DNA of 47,188 nt from Salisapilia sapeloensis CBS 127946 (GCA_023334545.1 JAADVB010000147.1:1-47188); one strand, 5' to 3'. Shown: positions 30,897-41,994, counted from the stretch's first letter. Numbers and translations: made by a program. Notes: a model not told the origin generated them from the letters alone.

Positions 30897-33800
30897 ATGT
30901 TCAATATGAACATTGGACAAAGACGAAGAAGATCTGTGGATAGTCAATCGAGTGACGATGCTGGAGTGGCAATCTCGCCGATGCCCAATAAGAATAACTC
31001 TGCAGAAGACCGTGCTACACTTCCGTGGAAAAAGATAACACACATGCAAGAGGAGCTAGATCAGCTACATCACGCTCTAGCAAAGTATGAACGACATGCA
31101 ACCCAAACAGAGCAGCATGTCGATTTCATACACTCTCTCATTTCTTCGAGTACATCCTTACTTGACAGTACTCACAATTATAAAGAGTTTATACAAACTG
31201 CAGAGGAATTTTTAAAGCACTACCTACGCTCAACAGTTAAGTTATCGATAGTAGAAAGCTATCAGAATGAAATGTATATTCTCTCTGATGCGCATGATCC
31301 GATCTGCATAGACGAATTGCAGCAGCAAGAACACAGAGGAATTCTGGGTGAAGCTATTTCACTCGGGTTATATGGAGGAGCACCTAGTGATTCTCGTCAA
31401 GACAAGCATGGACGCATACGCTTACAGAATGCCAATAGCTTTGCTTTTGTTATACCGTTGGAAACGTTCCCATTACATCACACCCACTCCGTGCTCGATA
31501 TTGATCTACGAACGCAAGCAGAGGATGGAAAAGTGGTTGTTGTAGTTTTATTCGATAGAACCGAAGCACTGGTAGGTGTCCTACAAATCCTAATCCATGA
31601 GAAATGGGCTGCATGGCATGTACTCGACACAATAACCTCTATTCTCAGTCAACTCATTCTACAAAGGAGAAAGATATGTCGTCCAGCGATGGGAGACTTC
31701 GAAATACGGATTGATACGGCTTACTCCAATTTCGATGAATCAAATAGACAAGATATACTTCGCATGGATTTAGAAGACGGTATGGGTTCGATAGTTGCAT
31801 ATGGAGACGACTGTGCTTTCAAACAAACTGATATGGAAACCATGGAGAGACTGCGATCTCCGATTCAAAAGTTATGCAAAGACTTGAGCTTATTAGAAGA
31901 AAATCTGCATCGCTCGCAGAGTATGCTCGTGGCACATCACACATTATGGAAGCAATTTGACGAGGATAAGCTCGACTTACTATACTCTACCACGTTTCTA
32001 AGAAAAATTATTTATCAGTACTGGAAGCAAGCAACTTCTACTTCTCACATGACACCGTTATTGCGGCTCCTCTTACGAGGTGAGACGCAAGAACAGTTTA
32101 TGCAGGCATACCATGATCAGGGCTATTCAATGCCCTTAAAAGAGCAGTACAGATACCTTCAGTTGGCGTTGACAGATGAAATAGTTTACAGTCATGAGAA
32201 TGACTGGATTATACTTCCAGTTGACTCTATTGAGATCGAGGCCACGGATCGGGACCTCTGTTATTCTTCCAACGGAGTCAGATCTATTGTTGGTGCATCC
32301 ATCATGGTTGTGTGTTTTGAAGATCAAGACAATAACTTCACAAAGTTGCTTCGTTCAACTATCCTACCTGAGCTAGTTATATTCATCCGACAGTGCATTC
32401 AGGAACAACTTCGTCGTCATGAAATTCATCAGCTACAATCAACTATCGAACATCAAAATTCTACAAAGCATCGAGACATCTTAAAAATGGAAATTATGAA
32501 GTACCTCCAAGCAGTATGCACCGAAACGAGTGGTTGCGGTTCGATACTTGAGATAGCTCAGACGATTACTTCTAGCAACAGCTATGACAAGAAATTGTCG
32601 TTGGAATCAAAAACGCTGTTTGTATTTGAGAAACTAGAGGATGAAGCTGTGTACAGGCTTTGGACGGTTGATAGAGAGACAGGAGAAGAAATTAATGGCT
32701 TTGAAGGAGACAGTATGCAAATGGAAAGAACTGGAGGAGTGTTGCTGCATACTGTAGTGAGTCAACATGCTCAAGAGTACACATCTTCTCATGTATGGAT
32801 GCGTGATCCATGGCGAAGAGAATCGCTTTCGTCTTCAGATTTGTATTTTTATGCTATCCCTCTCCTTTCAGAAAACAGCAAAGAAAATATTCAACGCTGT
32901 CGAGGAGTTGTCGAGTTTGCCTTCACTTCAGAATGTGATAGGCGAAACTTTGTCAAGAATGCAACATCCTTGGAAGCCTTCTCCCAATGTATAGCTAAAA
33001 TCATTATGTACCATCAGAGAAGCTCTCATAAAATTCAGGCGCTTCAACATTCGACACATGAAGTGGAAGTATCTAATCGGGAAGAATGGGAGCGTTGGAA
33101 TGCTTTTGTTAAATTAGTGGTAGCTTCGGATATAAAATCCCGACATTCAAGCGAAGAGTTGTTTCATACAGCCCTTACCAGCCTCTTCACCTCCTGTGAT
33201 TACGTTGGCGTATGGTTAGTTTCTTCAGAGATCAATCTGAATGCCCAATTTCTTCAAAAGATACTGGAGGAGGTAGAGTGTACTGGCAGCAGTCATACGC
33301 TGAACATGTCAGCTCAACGTTATCTCCCTCTCGTCCTTGCGCTTCCACTACGAGATATCGTATCTGACAATACAAATGAAGAACCACTTGGCTTGGTAGT
33401 ACTGGCCAGATCTGACATGAAAAATGTTTTTACCGCTTCTGAACATAGATTAGCCGTTCTTGCTGTTCACATCATCAATCTCATCGAGCAAAGTTGTCAA
33501 AAAGATCAAGAGCAAATAAAACTTTCAACTGCAGTTGACAAGTACAAGAAACAGAACCATTTGCAGCGAGAAGAGATATCGGAGCTCATTCGATGCGTTG
33601 AGTACAACAGATTTTATCAAAGTATCCTATCTTGCATGTCTTCATTTCAACACGATTTGAAGCGGATAAAAGAGAGGACACTAGAACAATGTGGGCAACA
33701 GATTCTGCGCTTTGTACGTCAGGCTAAGGACGAAACGATGGATGCGAACAGTGACCAAAAGTATTCTGACTGGAACCTCTTCATTATTTTCGTACCGCAA

Positions 33801-36800
33801 CTTGACGATAACTCCGTCGTAGTAATCAATGAAAGCGATATAGATCAAATTAGTTGCGTGGATCTAGAAGATATTGACGAAGATGATGATGGAATACATT
33901 CCTATCCTTTCCACAGTTTGCCAGCAAAACTTGTCCGCTGCCTTCACCTTTCAGACACATCCAAAACTATTGAGCTTTTACAATTGGGATCATTTTCTCG
34001 CTATCGTAGGATTCTTCTAGGCGTTAGTGGAGAAATCGAAAAGGAGGTAAAAGACAAAGTCAGATTGTCGATCGAGCAATTTCTAAATTATAAACTTCAA
34101 ATTGATGAAAGGAACTTTTGTCAGCAAGAAACGACAACAGAACTCGGACGCATATCAAATGAATTGGCGATGTCAAAGCTTTGGGAGCAAACTTACTGCC
34201 TGGGAACCAAGTTATGGGAAGAAGTGATGAATTATACGAAAGAGGTTGATTGGAAATTGAGACTCATTTCGCGACTTAAAAATGAGTTTCCAACAGTGTG
34301 TAAGGATTTGGCTACTTTCCAGCAATTGGAGTTTGTCATCACAGATAGAAATGACCCGCAACTGCATGTGTCGAACACATTAAAAGGAGTGCTTGGATTA
34401 AGTGAGGATCATAGAACGTCATTGGAAGTAGACGATAATGATGATTGTATTCATCAATACGTAGCACAGCTAGGACTTGAAGATTCCGAAAGCTACAAAG
34501 GATATATAATAGCACGCTGGAAGTGGGTCGAAAAAGCTTCACCGTTTGTGCGGGCAAGCTTGCGATGGATGACCGAATTTATGTCCAAGTTACTACATCA
34601 TCCCAACAAGATTAGTCAGCTTAAGAACAAAGTAAATGACCAAGAAGAACAATACAACTTACTATATAACGACTTTCAAGGCGCTCATGACGTGCTTGCA
34701 GACCTCCGGGAAAATGAAGAGCTTTACGAGTCTATCGTCAACTTTTCTATAGGCGTAACTGACTCGACAAAGGCTTTCAACATCTCTGAACGCACAGTTA
34801 TGGAGTCCATGGCATGCATTAAATCACTTGGAGCTGTTTTGTGGGTTTTCGACACACAAAAGCTTGCATGTTGGACTATTATTGACGGCACTTGTACGAC
34901 CCAAAGCGTTGAGCAATGGCGTGAAAAGATGGATTTTGATCAAATGATCGCCTTACAAGATCACTGTTTTCCTATTTACAACACAGGATTGGATAACTTC
35001 GATAAAGAAAGCACTGTGCAAAACAATGAACGCCCAAATTTGCTTGGGATCTTGGAGTTTCACCCTTCTAATTCATTAAAAGGAGCGAGGGGCAATTATG
35101 TACGAAGTTGCATGAAAATGGTAGTTTCCATCACTACGAAATTTCTTTATCTTCGAGCAACGAAAATGAGCATCAAGAATCAGCAAGATCAAATTGAAAA
35201 GATAACAATACAACAGAAGGAAATGACAGCAAACTCTAACGATCGAATGACATGCTTGCACAAAACCTTTGTGCATATGGAAAATTTCTTTGCTGATCTA
35301 TCCGTCGATAAAAACATCGCGACGATGGACTGTAATATTCTTCTTCAAAGCGTTATGCGCAAGGTTAATGAAGTCATAATAAGTATTGCGGACGCGTTTG
35401 AGACGCAAGCAAATGTGCTTTCCACAGCGAGCATTGTAATGAGCAGTGGCCATTGTTACACTTCTACGAGTGACGTGGACTTTACGTCGAATGAAAGGCT
35501 TTTTAAACTAATTGAGGACCAGCTACCTGCTCTGACATCAGGAACACCTGTGAGTAGTAGTCGTTTCATACAGGTTAATCAGTTACCGCTATATCTTGTG
35601 CAGCAGGACGGTAATCTAGAGTGTGATACGTCTGTATCAAATATACTTTTGCGTCAGCTATCAAATGAGCTATCAGAGAAGCATGCAGGAGCACAGGAGC
35701 TGCAAGCAGATTACGAAAGCGCAAGTCACATACTCTACATTTTACGTACTCTTGATGCCGATTCCAAAGAAATTAGGCAGTATTTAAGTGGTACAATTGT
35801 TTCTCGAGTAACCACATTTATCCTTGTACCGAAAGCTGAGTATGCAGAAGACACTACAACGCTATCTCTTTCATCAAATATCGTCCGTCGATGTCATTAT
35901 TCATTGCAGTGTCTTTTTCAAGCGAAAGAGATGTCACTACAGCTTATGACAAATCAAAAACAGCTTGAGATGTATCAACAAGATCTTGGTGTCACGCAAG
36001 TACAAGAGCGACGTTTAAATCGCCTTCTAAACACTGTCTTTCACAGTTTGCAACGCTTCATCACAAACTTCACGAGTCAAGAAGCAGACGAGAGTTCGTT
36101 TAGTAAAGTCTTGGGTTTATTTATGAGTGAAGTACGACAAGAAGAATGCCTTGTGAAAATTTACTACGACGGAATCGCACCAGCATCATCAGATCAATCA
36201 ACAGACACCAAAGCAAAGTATCTTTCCAGCTTTTCAATAGATACTTTGGAAGGCTCTAGTTCCATTTTGCTGGAAGTATATACAATGACCGAGATGGATG
36301 GAAATGCTCCACCAGCCATACGTTTCATGGAGTTTGCTCGTTACCTGTTCACATGGGAACAATATCAAAAGCTTATTAAAAACGAAACGCGACAAGTTTC
36401 AGCGCAGCTAAGCAAATTGAGTGAGGAAAATCGACAGCTTGAAAAATACGGCTTAGATATGAAGCGTCATTTGCATCAAAATGAAGTACAGGTTTCCAAG
36501 TGGAAGCAAACAGCACTCTCGATGATGCGCGAGACGCGCAAAGGACTTTTGGATTACTTTAACTTCGCAACAAATTCTACAGAAATACAGCATACCTTGC
36601 AGAAGTTGATAGACAACTGCAAAAATAGTACGCTTTTGACCTCAAATCTCACCTTACTACAAGTAAAACAAGATGGAAAGACATCAGGATCTATACAAGT
36701 GTGGCGTTCAACAGTTAAAGAACATTTAACGTTGATAGAATCGAAGAAAGTGTCGAGAGGAATACACCAATGCGTACTGCATGAACAAACTGTTCGAATT

Positions 36801-39602
36801 ACTGTTAATGCTGATGAAACCCATAGAGATACGTCAACTTCAAGCAGTGGAAGCAAGAGTAAATATGCTATCTTTTTCATTTGTAAGGATAATTACGATC
36901 AGATCGAAGATCAAAGTCTTATGTCAGGTACAATGTGCCTATTGGCAGAGCTTGATACCAGCCTTGACGGAGATGAGGACAGGTCATACGGATCATCAGG
37001 TGATCAGCTTTCGTACTTGGAGCTACTATCTCAAATGACAAGAGTTTCATGTGAAAGCAAAGCTAGTCAAATTCATTGGAGTGAGCAATATCAGCTTGCA
37101 AACTCTAGTCGTAACGAGCTGGAAATGGAATTAAAGCGGAGTAAAGAAACTGCTTCGGCAGTAGATGATACTCTGCAGCGTTTTAAAAGATTGCATCTTG
37201 ACCTCACAGCTAAAGTGCTTCAAGTGTACAGTCAATTACCGATCACGGAAGCCGTACCAACGAGAGTACTCGTTAAAGTTTGGAAGCTTATCACAAAAAT
37301 TGTTCACGATCGAATGAATAGTCTACTTGCAAACGGAAACTCTTTATCGAGTGCTAGTGTTGAACTCTTTGGCTGTTTAAGTGAACAGCAGGCCTTCTTT
37401 TCGTGCAATGATGCCTCAGAAGACAAACTTTGCTTTTACCCTTTTTCTACCTTGATGAATAGTGCTAAATTACAAGGCGTGTGGAAAGCATTTATGCGCG
37501 AGAAAATAGTCGAGAAGGAATCATCAGAAAGTGATGAGATGGATAGTAGCACAATTTACTGTTTTCCAATCACTACTAAATCAAGCTTTAACGGATCGTC
37601 AAGCAGCCAAGAGGTGATTGCAGTCATCAAGTTGCGGGTACCTAGTACGCTCGACACTCTGGAGAAAGATATGACGCAGCAGCTTTTGCGCTGTATGAGC
37701 TACTTACTGCAAGTGATCATTCGCTGTGCAAAGCAAAAGAAGAGTATTATAGCTGGTATGAAAAATCCAGCACAAAACCAGGAGCTTTCGTCAATTGGGC
37801 AAGTAAATGCTGAACCCGGACAGAAAGAAGACATGTATGCCAATGCACTTAATAAACTCTATCCAAGTCAACCGAATAAACGAACGGTATCTTATGCTCT
37901 GAACGAAAGACTGGATGACAGTGACTCGGAGACTGAGACGTCAGATGCACACCTCGTTCAGTATCAAGCTCTTACTGACTTGCTTGAGAAAATTACCACT
38001 AGCAATAATATTCAAGAAATCTTCGCTATGATTCAGCATGAGCTTCCAATAGTCTACAGTAAAAGCAAAAGAGCGACGACAGTGAGGACACAATTATACT
38101 ATTCCAGCGATTTCCTATCATACCATAGTATTGATACTTTTGACGAAAACACAACCATGCAAGTTCCACGTTGGATAGAACAGTGTACTCTCGCAGAATC
38201 GCACTCCAACTTGCCATGTGCTAAGAAGGCATTATCTATCTCCATGTGGAAATCCTTTGATTCTAAATTAAACTTGATGCACTGGATTATTCCAGTTACG
38301 ATGTTACACAAGAATTCTTCGCATGCAGCAGCATACCTATGCTTTTCAGCTGAACACCTCGAAAAACGCATCCGAACTGAGTTGGCCTTCATGTCTATAT
38401 ATCAAGTAGTAACTAGCCTGCAAAACAAGCTATCAGCCATCCACGAACGACGATTACTCCAACAACACACACAAGAATTGGAAGCGAGACTCAGTAAGTT
38501 GGATAGTGTGTCCACGATTTGTGATGACCAAAAAGATCAGTTAAAGATTTATTCCGACCATCACGATTTCATGCAGGTACTAACTGACCAAGACAAGATG
38601 TCTGGTGTTGTGGATGTAGCTAAACGCTATTTGGAGAAACTACTTGGAAGTAATGAAGTACATATCGTGCTTGCATCAGCTCTATCCAAGGCCTCATATC
38701 ACGATGATACAAAAGCTTCTGAAAGTCCAGTAAAATACGAATCCAGCATTCGTATTCGAGCTTTCAGTCCAAAATTAACGGATCGTAAGAAAGAAGTGTT
38801 GGCAACAATTAAAGCTTTACTGCCACATAGAAGTTCATTGCTAACAGACACGCAAAAATCTGTCTTAAGTCAAACTGCCAAGCTAATTGGTGCCTCCTTG
38901 TACCACTTGCAAGCAGAGCAAATATATTCTCGCTGTAAGAATTACGCCGATCAAATGCACGATGAATTGACGTGCCTCGAAAATACAAATGATACATTGT
39001 CTGGCGAAATGGAAACTCAGCAACAGCGTGCAGAAGCGCTACTCGAAGACAATCGTCAGTTAGAAGCTAAAAATGTAGACTTAGAAGCAGAACTGGAAAT
39101 CCTTCGAGAGCAAATACGTCAGCAGGAGCGAGAGAAAGCAGCCGTGGAGGATAAATTGGATGATAAAGATGAAGAAGTTCAGCATTATAAGTTAGAACTA
39201 GAAAACTGGAGAGCGACAGGGGATAAGGTTGTAGAGCTTCGAGAAGAAATAAGTAGAGGCTATGAGAAGCAACAAAACCAAAAGCTCAAAATTAAAAAGT
39301 TAAAACGGCAGTTGAAAGAGGTAATTGAGGCTACGCGAATGGACCCGTCCATGGCATGGGGCCCTCCTAGGCGGTCCAAAAAAGTTCACGACTATTCTCT
39401 CCGAAGTACTAGGAACAATGCTGACACGTCCATTAGTTTAGGCACTTCAGAAAAGCGCGCACCTGAAAAGGCAAAACACTCACAAAAAATTAAGCCAGAC
39501 GCTTTGGCTTCTGAACTTCACAAGTTAGCGGAGCTTGAAGCCAAAGCGGTTCAAAGTCAAATGAACGTGACAAAGCCGAGTGAACAGAACGCAAACGATT
39601 GA
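30897..39602 (+). CDS. Giant coiled-coil protein with repeated GAF-like modules, 2901 aa, single exon
   Basis: 8.7-kb stop-free frame. Recurrent GAF-type terminal strands: FYAIPLL..RGVVEF, VLALPL..PLGLVVLARS..FTASEHRL, HCFPIY..LLGILEF, IYCFPI..VIAVIKL, HWIIPV..AAYLCF. These are separated by heptad-rich helices; C-terminal coiled coil. The ORF is certain; the GAF call is an inference. Confidence 0.8.
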   Translation: MFNMNIGQRRRRSVDSQSSDDAGVAISPMPNKNNSAEDRATLPWKKITHMQEELDQLHHALAKYERHATQTEQHVDFIHSLISSSTSLLDSTHNYKEFIQTAEEFLKHYLRSTVKLSIVESYQNEMYILSDAHDPICIDELQQQEHRGILGEAISLGLYGGAPSDSRQDKHGRIRLQNANSFAFVIPLETFPLHHTHSVLDIDLRTQAEDGKVVVVVLFDRTEALVGVLQILIHEKWAAWHVLDTITSILSQLILQRRKICRPAMGDFEIRIDTAYSNFDESNRQDILRMDLEDGMGSIVAYGDDCAFKQTDMETMERLRSPIQKLCKDLSLLEENLHRSQSMLVAHHTLWKQFDEDKLDLLYSTTFLRKIIYQYWKQATSTSHMTPLLRLLLRGETQEQFMQAYHDQGYSMPLKEQYRYLQLALTDEIVYSHENDWIILPVDSIEIEATDRDLCYSSNGVRSIVGASIMVVCFEDQDNNFTKLLRSTILPELVIFIRQCIQEQLRRHEIHQLQSTIEHQNSTKHRDILKMEIMKYLQAVCTETSGCGSILEIAQTITSSNSYDKKLSLESKTLFVFEKLEDEAVYRLWTVDRETGEEINGFEGDSMQMERTGGVLLHTVVSQHAQEYTSSHVWMRDPWRRESLSSSDLYFYAIPLLSENSKENIQRCRGVVEFAFTSECDRRNFVKNATSLEAFSQCIAKIIMYHQRSSHKIQALQHSTHEVEVSNREEWERWNAFVKLVVASDIKSRHSSEELFHTALTSLFTSCDYVGVWLVSSEINLNAQFLQKILEEVECTGSSHTLNMSAQRYLPLVLALPLRDIVSDNTNEEPLGLVVLARSDMKNVFTASEHRLAVLAVHIINLIEQSCQKDQEQIKLSTAVDKYKKQNHLQREEISELIRCVEYNRFYQSILSCMSSFQHDLKRIKERTLEQCGQQILRFVRQAKDETMDANSDQKYSDWNLFIIFVPQLDDNSVVVINESDIDQISCVDLEDIDEDDDGIHSYPFHSLPAKLVRCLHLSDTSKTIELLQLGSFSRYRRILLGVSGEIEKEVKDKVRLSIEQFLNYKLQIDERNFCQQETTTELGRISNELAMSKLWEQTYCLGTKLWEEVMNYTKEVDWKLRLISRLKNEFPTVCKDLATFQQLEFVITDRNDPQLHVSNTLKGVLGLSEDHRTSLEVDDNDDCIHQYVAQLGLEDSESYKGYIIARWKWVEKASPFVRASLRWMTEFMSKLLHHPNKISQLKNKVNDQEEQYNLLYNDFQGAHDVLADLRENEELYESIVNFSIGVTDSTKAFNISERTVMESMACIKSLGAVLWVFDTQKLACWTIIDGTCTTQSVEQWREKMDFDQMIALQDHCFPIYNTGLDNFDKESTVQNNERPNLLGILEFHPSNSLKGARGNYVRSCMKMVVSITTKFLYLRATKMSIKNQQDQIEKITIQQKEMTANSNDRMTCLHKTFVHMENFFADLSVDKNIATMDCNILLQSVMRKVNEVIISIADAFETQANVLSTASIVMSSGHCYTSTSDVDFTSNERLFKLIEDQLPALTSGTPVSSSRFIQVNQLPLYLVQQDGNLECDTSVSNILLRQLSNELSEKHAGAQELQADYESASHILYILRTLDADSKEIRQYLSGTIVSRVTTFILVPKAEYAEDTTTLSLSSNIVRRCHYSLQCLFQAKEMSLQLMTNQKQLEMYQQDLGVTQVQERRLNRLLNTVFHSLQRFITNFTSQEADESSFSKVLGLFMSEVRQEECLVKIYYDGIAPASSDQSTDTKAKYLSSFSIDTLEGSSSILLEVYTMTEMDGNAPPAIRFMEFARYLFTWEQYQKLIKNETRQVSAQLSKLSEENRQLEKYGLDMKRHLHQNEVQVSKWKQTALSMMRETRKGLLDYFNFATNSTEIQHTLQKLIDNCKNSTLLTSNLTLLQVKQDGKTSGSIQVWRSTVKEHLTLIESKKVSRGIHQCVLHEQTVRITVNADETHRDTSTSSSGSKSKYAIFFICKDNYDQIEDQSLMSGTMCLLAELDTSLDGDEDRSYGSSGDQLSYLELLSQMTRVSCESKASQIHWSEQYQLANSSRNELEMELKRSKETASAVDDTLQRFKRLHLDLTAKVLQVYSQLPITEAVPTRVLVKVWKLITKIVHDRMNSLLANGNSLSSASVELFGCLSEQQAFFSCNDASEDKLCFYPFSTLMNSAKLQGVWKAFMREKIVEKESSESDEMDSSTIYCFPITTKSSFNGSSSSQEVIAVIKLRVPSTLDTLEKDMTQQLLRCMSYLLQVIIRCAKQKKSIIAGMKNPAQNQELSSIGQVNAEPGQKEDMYANALNKLYPSQPNKRTVSYALNERLDDSDSETETSDAHLVQYQALTDLLEKITTSNNIQEIFAMIQHELPIVYSKSKRATTVRTQLYYSSDFLSYHSIDTFDENTTMQVPRWIEQCTLAESHSNLPCAKKALSISMWKSFDSKLNLMHWIIPVTMLHKNSSHAAAYLCFSAEHLEKRIRTELAFMSIYQVVTSLQNKLSAIHERRLLQQHTQELEARLSKLDSVSTICDDQKDQLKIYSDHHDFMQVLTDQDKMSGVVDVAKRYLEKLLGSNEVHIVLASALSKASYHDDTKASESPVKYESSIRIRAFSPKLTDRKKEVLATIKALLPHRSSLLTDTQKSVLSQTAKLIGASLYHLQAEQIYSRCKNYADQMHDELTCLENTNDTLSGEMETQQQRAEALLEDNRQLEAKNVDLEAELEILREQIRQQEREKAAVEDKLDDKDEEVQHYKLELENWRATGDKVVELREEISRGYEKQQNQKLKIKKLKRQLKEVIEATRMDPSMAWGPPRRSKKVHDYSLRSTRNNADTSISLGTSEKRAPEKAKHSQKIKPDALASELHKLAELEAKAVQSQMNVTKPSEQNAND

Positions 39603-39779
39603 GCTACCTTGTGATAGACGGGAATGTAGACACAATTATCTTAATTGCAGTTTCAATCTCATCGAACCAAAAGAGCAATGTCGTACGGACAAAAGAGAAA
39701 GTTGAAAGAGAACGCTGATAAAAGAGAATAGGTATCGACATCATATTCCACTCTATCGGCAGGACATCTGCTTGTTTAG

Positions 39780-41966
39780 TTAGCTAGCAAAATGCGCGCA
39801 ATATAAAGCCCATGACCGAGTGAGTCCATGGTCTAAGTCAACATTCCACAGCTTTTCTTGTGCAACTTCTTTGTTGATCCGGGCGTAGTTGACATACAGT
39901 AACGCAGCCCATGCATTGTCCAAACTATTGTTAATAATGATTGGATCCTGAGAAAGGATGCTCTCCCATTCTTGTTTTACAAACTCGGTCGTTCGAACAA
40001 CGTCCAATATCGGCGTTACTGGCAGCATGTGAATACCATGAATACAGTGCTTTTCAGAACAGAAAAAGGTTGTATAGTCTGCTTTGTTGTCAAAATGGAT
40101 GCCAGTCACCAAGTTCCCCCTGTACTCTTCTGGATGAATCGTATTTCCCTCTGCAAGTAGGAAGTACGTCTGGATGGACCGAATATTTAATTTCGTCATC
40201 AACTTGCTCGTTTGAGCCATTTCAACGTCTCCAGTCACACGACTGAAAAGGTACATGGCAAACGAAAAGTTAATGTCTTCCGATGTGCTTTCCTGGTTTT
40301 TACCATCCGGAAACGTTGTCTGACCGTGCGAGTAGGAATGCCCGCGGTACCAGTCAAAAGCACGAAACTTTGGAAAGTAAGGATCTTCGCCCGTTTCAGT
40401 CGCAACGTCACGAATAAGTAGACGAGTGATTCTATTAAGATCGTCCAGGCGCTCCCATGTTGAATCCAAATAGTTCAGCACAGCTGCAGTGTATACCCAG
40501 TAGCCGTAATGATAGTGATGGTCATTATAAGCTGCGTTTCCATAGTCAGCATTGATATATCCTGTCGTAAATCCTTCGGAGGTTACAATCCCACCGTAAA
40601 CTTGGTCGTATATGAGCTCATACGTCCAAGTGTTTTCGATCAACGGAATAAGAAGATCTTGCAACTTCGACAAACAAGTAGACAGAACGGTTTCATCTTC
40701 TCCGACGATCATTTTGTCATTAGCCATAAGACAAAGCATCGCTCGCTTCTGCACTTCTTTCCCTCCAAAATAGATACTTCCAGGGTCCGGGATGTTCCAA
40801 TCAGCATCAATATCCTTTCTCAGTTGGTCATCCAGATAACTTAGATCTTTGACGCCTTGTTTCAGTCTCTGGGATGGGTAAAAATCTACAGAAATCGTAC
40901 CCGTCTCTGTAAGAGTCCACTTCGTCTCCTCGGTCAATGTAATGTACGCCTTCATTTCTCCCCGAGTTGCAGAAAACATTGTAAGTGAGGAAACTTCAGT
41001 AGCTGTCTTTGGGTCTATTGTGTCAAACTGATGTGGCAGTGCGAAATGCAGTAATCCATTTAAGCACTCTCCTTCCGTCTCCCAAACGTGCTCGTAAGTT
41101 TCTGCATCAACTATTTGAACAGCACCACCGGTCGAGATGCATTCACTGTGAGTATCATACACATCAAGCTGGCTTTCCTCAATAACGAGTGCCGCTCTAA
41201 TCGTCCCCGAGTATGGCTTATCATTCACAAGCTGCTTCTCTCCACTTCGCTTTAATTGAATTTCGTCCGAAGCATAGACAACCCACTTTTGGTCGTTCGT
41301 AGAAACGATAAAACGGTTACCAACATAATTCCCATCGACTCCATTTCCATCGCTCTCGACGGAGACAATTTCCGAAATAAAAGTTAGAAGCGGTGTCAAC
41401 TCCGTGTAGTACATTGTGATGTATGCCATGCCATTCACAATAGGGCTTTCCAGAACACCGGCGGTGCTAACATCGAGCGTACGTACTTCAATTCGTGCAC
41501 CAGCGTCCGTCCAACTGGTAACTTTGCCATTCAATCCCTTACTTGCAAATTCCTCCGCTCCAAAGGTAAGGTCTTGTACATTCCTGTGACTGTAAAATTT
41601 GATCTGACCAGAGGCATACTGACCAAAGTATCGGCGATGATAGGCATAGCCGACAGCAATACCTTTTCCATCCGTATCTGTGTCCATGAAGATCGTATAC
41701 GGATTTGCCCACACCGGCTGAGTGTTCGTTCCATTCGCACACGTGATCAAGTTCCCCCACCACGTATTCGTTGGTATGGGTCGACCTTGGACGATGTCCA
41801 CATTGCGTGGCTTACAGAAGTTTTCCTGGGCAGTAGTTTTTTCCAACACACCCTTCCACTCCGGATCGGCATTGTCCAAATCCCATGCATTAGAAGTCGT
41901 TGGCACGTAGATGGCCCCACACCATACGGCCAAAGATACAGACAGCAATCCTCTAGAGAGCTGCAT
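39780..41966 (-). CDS. Secreted endo-1,3-beta-glucanase, glycoside hydrolase family 81, 728 aa
   Basis: The first ATG is at 41966 (the track start at 41987 is TTG). Signal peptide MQLSRGLLSVSLAVWCGAIY...; PIPTNTWWGN, YNDHHYHYGY, FRAFDWYRGHS and catalytic NQESTSEDINF motifs intact. Confidence 0.95.
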   Translation of the reverse strand: MQLSRGLLSVSLAVWCGAIYVPTTSNAWDLDNADPEWKGVLEKTTAQENFCKPRNVDIVQGRPIPTNTWWGNLITCANGTNTQPVWANPYTIFMDTDTDGKGIAVGYAYHRRYFGQYASGQIKFYSHRNVQDLTFGAEEFASKGLNGKVTSWTDAGARIEVRTLDVSTAGVLESPIVNGMAYITMYYTELTPLLTFISEIVSVESDGNGVDGNYVGNRFIVSTNDQKWVVYASDEIQLKRSGEKQLVNDKPYSGTIRAALVIEESQLDVYDTHSECISTGGAVQIVDAETYEHVWETEGECLNGLLHFALPHQFDTIDPKTATEVSSLTMFSATRGEMKAYITLTEETKWTLTETGTISVDFYPSQRLKQGVKDLSYLDDQLRKDIDADWNIPDPGSIYFGGKEVQKRAMLCLMANDKMIVGEDETVLSTCLSKLQDLLIPLIENTWTYELIYDQVYGGIVTSEGFTTGYINADYGNAAYNDHHYHYGYWVYTAAVLNYLDSTWERLDDLNRITRLLIRDVATETGEDPYFPKFRAFDWYRGHSYSHGQTTFPDGKNQESTSEDINFSFAMYLFSRVTGDVEMAQTSKLMTKLNIRSIQTYFLLAEGNTIHPEEYRGNLVTGIHFDNKADYTTFFCSEKHCIHGIHMLPVTPILDVVRTTEFVKQEWESILSQDPIIINNSLDNAWAALLYVNYARINKEVAQEKLWNVDLDHGLTRSWALYCAHFAS

Positions 41967-41994
41967 GGATAGAAGATCACTTGGCAAGTCGCGC

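Noticed and set aside
41967-41987. N-terminal extension of GH81 shown in the ORF track
   Set aside because: It starts at TTG; the eukaryotic ATG at 41966 directly yields a signal peptide and fits the Inr+FPR position.
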